From an uncultured Thermoleophilia bacterium (GTDB lineage: Bacteria; Actinomycetota; Thermoleophilia; UBA2241): a stretch of DNA of 64,000 nt. Under the pieces are notes generated by a model. That model ran no database searches and had not been told where the DNA came from. It saw only the letters and a list, made by a program, of their open reading frames with translations. The DNA lies in NCBI GenBank assembly GCA_903927755.1, contig CAIYOD010000139.1, forward strand, positions 185 to 64,184, given 5' to 3'. Positions 46,499-54,407 of the stretch are shown piece after piece; position 1 is the first letter of the stretch, and each line of letters begins with the position of its first letter. The translations under genes and the position numbers were made by a program.

Positions 46499-48787
46499 AT
46501 GGCTGACTACAACCGATACAGCGTCGAGCCCGAGGACATCCCGCGGCGCCGGCGCGAGCGCAAGAAGAAGAGGGCGAAGTCCAAGAGCCGCGTCTGGCTC
46601 ATCGTCAAGCTCTTCGTCGTCGCCCTGCTCCTCGCCCTCATCGCCGGCCTCGCCGTCGCCGCCGGCGCCATCTACGCCATCTCACGCGACCTGCCGTCGC
46701 TCGACGAGCTGCAGCGAAGCCCGCTGGCCGTCAACACCACCATCTACGACCGCACCGGCAAGGTCCTCATCGCCGAGCTCCACGGCGGCGAGAACCGCGT
46801 GCTCGTACCGACCAGGAAGATCCCCGAGGTCATGAAGCAGGCCACGGTGGCCGTGGAGGACGAGCGCTACTACGAGCATCACGGCATCGACTACCAGGCC
46901 GTCGTCCGCGCCATGGTCCTCAACCTGCGCGCCGGCGGCGTCGTCCAGGGCGGCTCGACCATCACCGAGCAGTACGTCAAGAACGCCTACGTCGGCGACG
47001 AGCGCACCTATACGCGCAAGCTCCGCGAGGCCGTGCTCGCCTGGCAACTCGAGGACAGGTGGGACAAGGACAGGATCCTCGGCGCCTACCTCAACACGGT
47101 GTACTACGGCGCCGGCGCCTACGGCATCGAGGCGGCGGCACGCACCTACTTCCACAAGCACGCCTCGGGCCTCAACATCAAGGAGGCGGCGCTGCTCGCC
47201 GCGCTGCCCAAGTTCCCCTCCGCCTATTCGCCGACGACGGACAAGGAAATGGCCAAGGAGCAGCGCAATAAGGTGCTGCAGCTCATGGCCGACCAGGGCT
47301 ACGTCACGCAGGAGCATGCCGACAAGCTCATGGCCAGCAAGGTCCGCGTCTACCGGCACCCGCCGAACTACAACAAGAGTCTGGCCGACTACTTCGTCTC
47401 CTACGTGACGAAAGAGCTCACCAAACGCTACGGCTCCGCCATGGTCTTCGACGGCGGCCTCAAGGTCACCACCAGCATCGACGTGAAGTGGCAGCAGGAG
47501 GCGATCGACATCATCAAGTCGACCACCGGACCGCTCGACTTCGGGTTCAAGCCGTCGGCCGCGCTCGTGGCCGTCGATCCGGCCAACGGCTACATCCGCA
47601 CCATGGTCGGCGGCCTCGACTACAAGAAGCAGCAGTTCAACCTCGTCACGCAGGCGAAGCGGCAGCCGGGTTCTGCGATGAAGCCCTTCGTGCTCACCAC
47701 GGCGGTCGAGCAGGGCATGGACCCCGACACCACCTACTACTCGTCGAAGAGTCCCATCATCATCCCGATGGGCGCCTACGCCCAGCCGTGGCTGGTCAAC
47801 GGCGACGGACCGGGCGGGCCGGAGAGCGTGTCCGCGGCCACCACGATCTCCGACAACGTCGTGTTCGCACAGCTCAGCGTGGACGTCGGCCCGGACAACA
47901 CCGTGGAGACGGCTCACCGGATGGGCATCACCAGCCCGCTGGACGCGGTCCCGTCGATCACGCTGGGTACCTCCGGCGTCACGCCGCTCGAGATGGCCGA
48001 CGCCTATGCCACGCTGGCCGCCGGCGGCATCCGTCACAAGCCGCAGGCGATCGTCCGGGTGGAGCGCCGCGGCAAGGTCATCTGGAAGCCGACGACCAAG
48101 GGCAAGCGGGCCATCCCGGCCGGTGTCGCCAGCGTCGTCACCCAGTGCCTCGAGCGCGTCGCCTCGGCCGGCACAGGCTCCGCGACCGGCGCCTACTTCC
48201 CGTATCCGCGCGCCGGCAAGACGGGCACCACCGAAGACGGAGCCGACCTCTGGTACTGCGGCTACACCCCGAACCTCTCGGCCGCCGTCTGGATGGGCGA
48301 CGACGACAAGCGCTCGGCCATGCCCGTGTACGGCGGCGACTACCCCGCGCCGATGTGGGGCAAGTTCTTCGCCGCGGCGCTCAAGGACCAGCCGCATCCG
48401 GGCTTCAAGACGTACCCGTGGTCGTTCAGCCCGTGGGAGGGCAAGATGCAGGCCATGTCGCCGTCCGCGTCGGCGTCGCCGTCGGAGAGCGCCAGCGGCA
48501 AGCCGAGCCCCGGTCCGACCAAGACCATCACGCCGGCGCCGGAGCCCACCAAGACCAAGCCGCCGACGCCGCAGCCGACGCCGACCAAGACCAAGCCGCC
48601 CAAGCCGACGCCCACGCCGACCGGCACTCCCAGTGCGGGTCCCAAGCAAGTGGTCTCCGCGACCCTTTCGCCGGTCTGGAGCCGCAGCTTCGCCGCCGCG
48701 AGCGTCACGACCGCGGGCACCGGCAGCGGCGACACGGGACTGGCGGGCGACCTCGTGCACTGGCTCGCCGGCGTCCTGGGGCTTTGA
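46499..48787 (+). CDS. Class A penicillin-binding protein (bifunctional transglycosylase/transpeptidase, PBP1A-type) with a Pro/Thr/Lys-rich C-terminal tail
   Basis: GAGGAG SD. GT51 motifs EDERYYEHHGID and GGSTITEQYVKN. Transpeptidase motifs SAMKP (SxxK), SDN and KTGTT. C-terminal KTKPPTPQPTPTKTKPPKPTPTPT. Confidence 0.9.
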   Translation: MADYNRYSVEPEDIPRRRRERKKKRAKSKSRVWLIVKLFVVALLLALIAGLAVAAGAIYAISRDLPSLDELQRSPLAVNTTIYDRTGKVLIAELHGGENRVLVPTRKIPEVMKQATVAVEDERYYEHHGIDYQAVVRAMVLNLRAGGVVQGGSTITEQYVKNAYVGDERTYTRKLREAVLAWQLEDRWDKDRILGAYLNTVYYGAGAYGIEAAARTYFHKHASGLNIKEAALLAALPKFPSAYSPTTDKEMAKEQRNKVLQLMADQGYVTQEHADKLMASKVRVYRHPPNYNKSLADYFVSYVTKELTKRYGSAMVFDGGLKVTTSIDVKWQQEAIDIIKSTTGPLDFGFKPSAALVAVDPANGYIRTMVGGLDYKKQQFNLVTQAKRQPGSAMKPFVLTTAVEQGMDPDTTYYSSKSPIIIPMGAYAQPWLVNGDGPGGPESVSAATTISDNVVFAQLSVDVGPDNTVETAHRMGITSPLDAVPSITLGTSGVTPLEMADAYATLAAGGIRHKPQAIVRVERRGKVIWKPTTKGKRAIPAGVASVVTQCLERVASAGTGSATGAYFPYPRAGKTGTTEDGADLWYCGYTPNLSAAVWMGDDDKRSAMPVYGGDYPAPMWGKFFAAALKDQPHPGFKTYPWSFSPWEGKMQAMSPSASASPSESASGKPSPGPTKTITPAPEPTKTKPPTPQPTPTKTKPPKPTPTPTGTPSAGPKQVVSATLSPVWSRSFAAASVTTAGTGSGDTGLAGDLVHWLAGVLGL

Positions 48788-48830
48788 CAGCCAGTCGCTG
48801 AACGTCCGTCGGCTCCGTCGCCACGCCCTG

Positions 48831-48875
48831 AGTCGCCGGCTGCTCAGTCGCCGGCTGCTCAGTCGCCGCCCGCTT
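48831..48875. repeat. Short tandem repeat, 15 nt x 3 (third copy degenerate), just downstream of the PBP gene
   Basis: agtcgccggctgctc | agtcgccggctgctc | agtcgccgcccgctt. Each unit with its flank forms an imperfect palindrome (ctgagtcgcc/ggctgctcag), so it may act as a terminator-like structure. Confidence 0.7.
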
Positions 48876-49284
48876 CGCGCCTCCCGCACGCCGGATCCAG
48901 CTCGCTCCCGGCTTCGCTCTCCATCTGGACCAGAGCGTCATACACGAGTGCACGTCGCGGCGCCCATGACCCCCAGCGCCGACCCTGCTACACGCCCACA
49001 ACGTCGCGCCACATGACCGAGTGCTCCGGCCCGGACATATCGCTCACGAGGACGGGTGCGACGCGCCACGGTCACGAGAAGAACTCGGGGAGCGCTGCTG
49101 CCTGCGGACTCTGCAGGCCACTGCGGGGATGGCGCATGGTAACCCAGTCAGGAGGACTGGTGACCCCAGTCGACCACACGATGCGACGGCTTCATTGGAT
49201 CGCGCAGCGCGAAGAGTCACGCGATCTGCGTCTGAGGAGGGTTCGTCTCGCCGCCGGTCAGAAGGCGGCACACCGGGGGTCAGG

Positions 49285-50496
49285 CTAGTTCAAGCGCTGG
49301 AACGCGTACCAGGCAGGCTTCTTGCTCTGGTCGATGTAGCGAAGGCCGCAGTAGTTGCCCTGGTAGTCGCCGGCACGGCCAGACGGGGACCAGTCGTCCA
49401 GCAGGAACCACATGAGCAGCTTCACCTGAGGATACTTCCTGGCGACGTAGGAATAGGCATCCTTCAGGTACTTCGCCTGAACGGCAGGTGTGACGAACTG
49501 GCCGCTCCACGACGAGCACGCTGCCGTCTGGTAGCCGTACTCCGTGAGATAGAACGGCTTCGTCGGGAAGAGCTTGATCAGCGTGCCGAGGTTCTGCAGG
49601 TTCACGCAGGTCGAGGGGTCTCGCGGCGGCGCCGACGGCCACTTGTCGCGGGTAGCGCCGGGGGCGTATGGGTGGTGAGCGTAGGCGTCGAAGTACTTGC
49701 TTGCCCCTCTTGCTTTGAGCTCGCGCGCAAAGCGCTGCGGCGACGTCATCATCCGCCGAGAGGACAAAGGGGCCGACGCCGAGTAGCCTCGGGATGAGGT
49801 CGATCCCGCGATGCGCACGGCCCTCGTCCCGTCCGTGGGGTCTGCTGCGCGGATGCCGGCCGAGAACTGGCGCAACATCTTGATGTAGACGTGAGCGCCG
49901 AAGTTCGGGTCCTTCTTCGTGCTTTGGGGGTAGAGCGTGATGTGCAGGTTCGGCTCGTTCCAACACTCGTAAGCCGACGCCTGGAACCGCTCCGCCATCT
50001 CCCGGCAGAAGTCCCGGAACGCCGTCATCGTTGTCTCATCATCCGTCTTGGGCACGTACCGCGCGTTGTACCCTTTGATGTCGTACGGATTGGAGGTCCC
50101 GTTCCAGTAGTTCCGATCCGACGCCCACTTGGGAACGTAGCAGAAGGTGAGGATGACCTTCAGGCCGTCAGCCTTGGCCAGCGCCACCGCGCGGTCGACC
50201 CCCTGGAGATACGACTCGTCGTAGGCCGTCCGTGATATCGGCTGTGCAGCGGCCCACGAGACAACGAAGCGTACGTAGGAGGCGCCGAGCTGTGGCCCGA
50301 TCTGATCAAGCGCCTCCGCCTGCACGGACTCGATCATTCCTGACCCCGGCGTCGTGAGCGTCGGGTCGGCGATGCCTCGCGCGAGCTTGGCGCCGGCGAT
50401 CTGCGGCACGACGGCAAGCGCGGCCAAGAGCAAGAGTGGGACAGTGATGGCGAAGGCGGCGCGCAGCCGGCGCGCGTGCGTCGTTGCTGCAAGCAT
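49285..50496 (-). CDS. Secreted clan GH-A (TIM-barrel, GH5/GH39-like) glycoside hydrolase
   Basis: Preferred start at ATG 50496: MLAATTHARRLRAAFAITVPLLLLAALAVVPQIAGA, a signal peptide with an RR pair. ECWNEPNL is the acid/base Glu context and FYLTEYGYQ the nucleophile Glu context. The ORF-track extension to 50916 is Arg/Pro/Gly-rich wrong-frame sequence. Confidence 0.8.
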   Translation of the reverse strand: MLAATTHARRLRAAFAITVPLLLLAALAVVPQIAGAKLARGIADPTLTTPGSGMIESVQAEALDQIGPQLGASYVRFVVSWAAAQPISRTAYDESYLQGVDRAVALAKADGLKVILTFCYVPKWASDRNYWNGTSNPYDIKGYNARYVPKTDDETTMTAFRDFCREMAERFQASAYECWNEPNLHITLYPQSTKKDPNFGAHVYIKMLRQFSAGIRAADPTDGTRAVRIAGSTSSRGYSASAPLSSRRMMTSPQRFARELKARGASKYFDAYAHHPYAPGATRDKWPSAPPRDPSTCVNLQNLGTLIKLFPTKPFYLTEYGYQTAACSSWSGQFVTPAVQAKYLKDAYSYVARKYPQVKLLMWFLLDDWSPSGRAGDYQGNYCGLRYIDQSKKPAWYAFQRLN

Positions 50497-50552
50497 ACGG
50501 AAGACAATAGCCGAGGCACCGCGGAGACGCAACCGAGGAGCGGAGCCGAGAT

Positions 50553-50886
50553 CTACAGCTGGCCAAGCATGTGCCGCGTACCGGGGTGCCTGGGATTCAG
50601 CTCGAACGCCTTGAGGTACCACTGACGCGCCGCGGCTTTGTCTCCGAGGCTCAGAAGCTGCGGGTTCCCCATCTGGTGGTACGGCTCGTAGTTGTCCGGC
50701 TGCCGACGGACGGCCCCCAGCTTGGGGGCGACCTGGTCCAGCGCCTCCTCTTGGACCGCGGGGTCGAACCTCGGCCCCAGCTGCGTATGGAACTCCCGCG
50801 CCGACGGCCAGGGCGAGGGCGACGAGGAGTGCGACAAAGACGGCGTGCCGCAGGACGACAGGCGTGCGAGCAGGAATCATCTCCAT
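50553..50886 (-). pseudogene. Possible frameshifted small TM-anchored TPR gene, a partial duplicate of the C-terminus of the 50960..53068 protein
   Basis: Frame B (50553..50837) encodes ...RRQPDNYEPYHQMGNPQLLSLGDKAAARQWYLKAFELNPRHPGTRHMLGQL. This parallels ...LQPHNYRPYYQMGTLFFESFHDEAAARAWYLRALELNPMHPGLRSALEGL at the end of the neighbouring gene. From the ATG at 50886, a frame offset by 1 nt encodes the hydrophobic N-terminus MEMIPARTPVVLRHAVFVALLVALALAVGAG. Third-position G/C bias switches from that frame to frame B near 50793-50803. Confidence 0.35.
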
Positions 50887-50959
50887 GACGACAGCGAACG
50901 CCGCACGGGGGGGCAACCCTAGCGCCGACGCAGGCAGATCGGGTGGCGGCGGCTTTCGC

Positions 50960-53068
50960 CTACAGGCCTTCGAGGGCGCTGCGCAGGCCCGGATGCATGG
51001 GGTTCAGCTCCAGAGCCCTGAGGTACCACGCCCGGGCCGCGGCCTCGTCGTGGAAGCTCTCAAAGAAAAGCGTGCCCATCTGGTAGTAGGGTCGGTAGTT
51101 GTGCGGCTGCAGCTGGACGGCGCGCTGCAGGGTCGCCGCCGCAGCGTCCGGATCGCCCTGCTGGGCTTGCACGTCGGCGAGCGTGAGCAGAGGGTCGATG
51201 GAGAGCGGGTCGAGGGAGGCGGCGCGGCGCGCGTCCGCCTCCGCCGCCTCCACCTGACCGCGGCTCAATTGGTCCTGGGCGCTGATCGTGGCGCGCTCGG
51301 CGAAGTACGGCAGCGCCCAGCCGACGACGGCGAAGAGCACCACGGACGTGGCGAGCACTCGGACGCTCAGGGACGGCGAGGCCGGACGCACGATCGAGGC
51401 CGCGGGGACCTCCGGAGCGAGACCGGACGCGGCCGGTCCCGGCGCGTGCGGCGCCGCGGCCGTCATGACGCGACGGTCCCGTACGTAGGACGCGCTCACC
51501 CCTGCCAGCAGCAGGAAGGCGAGAGTGATGGCGGCCATGTCCCAGCCCCAGTCGATCGACAGGTGGACCACAAAGGCCGCGACAGCCGCCTGACAGGCCG
51601 CGAGCAGCGAGCGGCAGGGGTCGTCCCGGACCCTGCCGACGTGGCGGAAGACCGCCACCAGAAGGCCGCAGACGGCGACCAGGAACAGCGCGAAGCCGAC
51701 CACTCCCAGTTCCGTGAGCACGTTGAGCCACTGGCTGTGACTGTGCTTCGCCTCGAACGTGGTGACCCGGTAAAGCTCGTCCGTGATGCCGAACGTGCCC
51801 GCGCCCGTACCGGCGAGCGGGTGCTGGCTGAAGCCGCGGATGGCCTCGCGAAACCAAGGTATGCGGCCGCTCGTGCCCAGCGAGGTGAGCCTCCGCACGC
51901 TGTTGGTGTAGTCGGTGTCGGTGAGGGCGGCGTGATACTGGTCGGCGATCCAGCTCACGCCGCCGTGTCGGATCATCGCGGACGTGCCGAGCGCGAGTGG
52001 CACGAGGACCACCACCGCGATGACGACCGTCCCGATCACGCGCGCCTGCCGCGGCGACAGGCTCCACCGGCGCTCGGCGAAGGCGACCGCGACCTGCGCG
52101 ACGCCGGCCAGCACCAGCGCCGCGATGGACCATGCGGCCAGCTGGTGCCCCTGCACCGCGCGCAGCGGGTCGTCAGTGGTCGTCGCGAACAGCGTGCTCA
52201 GCCCCCGTACCTGCAGGAGGACCGCCGACGTGAACACGACCGGAAGGGCGAGCGAGACGAGGGCCGAAAGGCGGCGTGTCGCCAGGGCGAAGTACACGAT
52301 CAGCGCGACGCCGAGCGCGACGTATCCGCCGCGCGAGAACGTGAAGAAGTACGTCAGGAGGAGGAGCACGATGGCACTCGCCGCCAGGCCGCGGACCCAT
52401 GGCTGCCGCCATCTCCGCGACGCGGTCACCAGGTACGCCGGGAGCGCCATCACGACGAGCGCCGCAAGGACGTTCCAGTATCCCACCGGCGCCCTGAGAC
52501 GAGCGAAAAGATGGGCGTGGGTGACGACGTCCGGGGCGACCTTGCCGAAGAAGGCGTAGGCGGAGACTACGAGGACGATGAGCGCGAAGCCGCGTACCGC
52601 CAGGCGGATCTGCCGCGGGCCGACGGGCAGCAGCCCGACGGCGACCATCACCAGCAGATAGAGCACGGCGACGTCGAACGCGACCCACGACAGATCCGGT
52701 CCGGTCGACCAGAGCACGGACAGCCCGATCCAGGCGACCAGAGCGGCGAACGCGCCCAACGCGATGAGGTAAGGGCGCGACGGTCGCAAGAAACCTCGGC
52801 CTCGCCACACTCCCCACAGCGCGAATGCCGCCAGCACGAAGACCACGGGCGCGGTGCGCTGCGGGAGGTAGCCGCCCGAGAGGAAGCTCAGGGCGGCGAT
52901 CGCGGCCAGCAGGACCGCGATGGTCCACCTCGAGAGCCGGCGCCCGTCTGCGGCCGCATCAGCCCGAGGATCGGCCGGCCGGCGGTCGCCTGCCCGAGGA
53001 GATGGGGACGCTGGATACAGCTCTGCTCCCTTCGTTGCCGATCCCGACGCTGCTGCTCCGCAGCGCAC
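50960..53068 (-). CDS. O-antigen ligase/polymerase-like (Wzy_C-type) polytopic membrane protein with a C-terminal TPR domain
   Basis: 702-aa ORF with more than 10 hydrophobic helices and a large loop (GTGAGTFGITDELY...HSHSQWLNVLTELG, typical of the Wzy_C/O-antigen ligase family). The C-terminal roughly 130 aa are TPR-like. The exact start is uncertain. Confidence 0.8.
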   Translation of the reverse strand: MRCGAAASGSATKGAELYPASPSPRAGDRRPADPRADAAADGRRLSRWTIAVLLAAIAALSFLSGGYLPQRTAPVVFVLAAFALWGVWRGRGFLRPSRPYLIALGAFAALVAWIGLSVLWSTGPDLSWVAFDVAVLYLLVMVAVGLLPVGPRQIRLAVRGFALIVLVVSAYAFFGKVAPDVVTHAHLFARLRAPVGYWNVLAALVVMALPAYLVTASRRWRQPWVRGLAASAIVLLLLTYFFTFSRGGYVALGVALIVYFALATRRLSALVSLALPVVFTSAVLLQVRGLSTLFATTTDDPLRAVQGHQLAAWSIAALVLAGVAQVAVAFAERRWSLSPRQARVIGTVVIAVVVLVPLALGTSAMIRHGGVSWIADQYHAALTDTDYTNSVRRLTSLGTSGRIPWFREAIRGFSQHPLAGTGAGTFGITDELYRVTTFEAKHSHSQWLNVLTELGVVGFALFLVAVCGLLVAVFRHVGRVRDDPCRSLLAACQAAVAAFVVHLSIDWGWDMAAITLAFLLLAGVSASYVRDRRVMTAAAPHAPGPAASGLAPEVPAASIVRPASPSLSVRVLATSVVLFAVVGWALPYFAERATISAQDQLSRGQVEAAEADARRAASLDPLSIDPLLTLADVQAQQGDPDAAAATLQRAVQLQPHNYRPYYQMGTLFFESFHDEAAARAWYLRALELNPMHPGLRSALEGL

Positions 53069-53111
53069 GAGTATAATCGACTCTTGAGGGGCGCCGGCTC
53101 ATCCGGAGCGG

Positions 53112-53735
53112 GTGCCGCGGTCACCGGAGGGAACCGGCTTGACGAGAAGATCACTTGCGCTGTTCGTGCTGACCCTCATGCTCCTGGCCGTCGTCGGCGG
53201 GAGCGGCGCGTCAACGGCGCGGGCGGGCGGCAGCGCGGGCGCCCTCCTCAAGGACGCCTCAGACGGTGTGGTCGACGGGACGTACAGCGCGTCCACCGTC
53301 CGCAGCGCGCTGTCCCTGGTGCGCAGCGACCCCGCCTACATGATGTACAGCGACATCGAAGGCGTCATGGTCGACTACCTCGCCTCGCTCACCGGGGGCT
53401 CCGGCGGGGGCGGGGGCGGCAGCACTCCCAGGCCGGTGGGCGAGAACACCAAGGGGTCTTCGGGGTCCGCGACGCCCGGCGGAAAGGCGACGCCCGGCGG
53501 AAAGGCGAAGCCCGGCGCCACCCCGACCACGAAGGACTCCCCGGGGGCGTCCGGGACGCGGACACCCACACCCTCTTCATCCGCTGCGAGCGTACCGCTT
53601 TCCCCGGCGCCCAGCGCCACCGCGTGGAACCAGGCCAAGTCCCGCCTGGCTGCCGTGCCGTGGTTCTTCCTCCTGCCGGTCGCGGGGGTCGTCGCGGTGG
53701 GCGTCGTCCTGATTCGGCGGCGCCGCTCGGCGTAG
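53112..53735 (+). CDS. Secreted low-complexity protein with a C-terminal TM helix and basic tail (sorting-signal-like)
   Basis: N-terminus LALFVLTLMLLAVVGGSGASTARA. Central Gly/Ser/Pro/Thr/Lys-rich region (GKATPGGKATPGGKAKPG). C-terminus VPWFFLLPVAGVVAVGVVLIRRRRSA. Confidence 0.7.
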   Translation: MPRSPEGTGLTRRSLALFVLTLMLLAVVGGSGASTARAGGSAGALLKDASDGVVDGTYSASTVRSALSLVRSDPAYMMYSDIEGVMVDYLASLTGGSGGGGGGSTPRPVGENTKGSSGSATPGGKATPGGKAKPGATPTTKDSPGASGTRTPTPSSSAASVPLSPAPSATAWNQAKSRLAAVPWFFLLPVAGVVAVGVVLIRRRRSA

Positions 53736-53798
53736 CCGGCGCGGCGCCTCATTGACCGGCGCAGCGGAGTCAGTTGGCGTGCGCCGAAGGCACACCGG

Positions 53799-54407
53799 CT
53801 ACCAGGTCTCGTAGCGGTCCGACCCCTTGCGGTACTCTTTGACCTGCTCGCCGAGGCCGTCGGCGATGGTCATGATGCGGCAGGCCATCTCCAGCACGCT
53901 GGTGAGCTGGTAGGCCTCCTCGAGCAGGTGGCCGATGGCGAAGGGGCCGTGGCCGCGAAGCATCACGATGTCGTACTCCTTGAGCCATCGAGGAAGCAGG
54001 TCGGCGACCTCTTTGGACCCGGCCGTCAGCTCCGTGTGCACCACGGGCACCTTATGCAGCAGGTACGAGCCCTCGCTGTCGATGGGGACGATCTCGTCGC
54101 ACATCAGCGAGCGGGCGATCGCGTAAGGCGGGTGCGCGTGCACGATCGCCTGCGCGGCCGTTCCCTGGTAGATGGCCCGGTGGACGTTGATCTCCGTGCT
54201 GGCAAGCATCACGTTGGCGTCGTTCTCCTCGAGGCCCGTCTCGATGATGTCCCGCTCCTCGAGACGGGCGAGCATCGAGCCGCGGCGGGTGATGAGGATG
54301 CGGTCGCCCATGCGCACGCTGAGGTTGCCGCCGTGCGAGCTGATGACGCCGGCGACGAAGAGGTCCCGGCCGATCTGCTGGAACTGCTCGAGGACGGCCG
54401 AGCTCAC
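53799..54407 (-). CDS. Class II aldolase/adducin-family protein (fuculose-1-phosphate aldolase / MtnB-like)
   Basis: The GTG start at 54407 overlaps the AOR stop (GTGA). Contains GGNLSVRMGDRILITRRG and the metal-binding context AIVHAHPPYAIA. The ORF-track extension to 55286 overlaps the AOR gene in another frame. Confidence 0.85.
   Translation of the reverse strand: MSSAVLEQFQQIGRDLFVAGVISSHGGNLSVRMGDRILITRRGSMLARLEERDIIETGLEENDANVMLASTEINVHRAIYQGTAAQAIVHAHPPYAIARSLMCDEIVPIDSEGSYLLHKVPVVHTELTAGSKEVADLLPRWLKEYDIVMLRGHGPFAIGHLLEEAYQLTSVLEMACRIMTIADGLGEQVKEYRKGSDRYETW

Noticed and set aside
50497-50916. N-terminal extension of the glycoside hydrolase ORF to 543 aa
   Set aside because: The extension is Arg/Pro/Gly-rich. 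An internal ATG at 50496 is followed by a textbook signal peptide. Part of the extension is better explained by the TPR remnant in another frame.
46682-53755. ORFs 46682..48889 (-), 47488..48801 (+), 48006..49016 (+) and 50864..53755 (+, 963 aa)
   Set aside because: They overlap the PBP and O-antigen-ligase-like genes and translate to Arg/Gly/Pro-rich strings. The PBP frame carries all GT51 and transpeptidase motifs, and the ligase frame gives regular TM helices.
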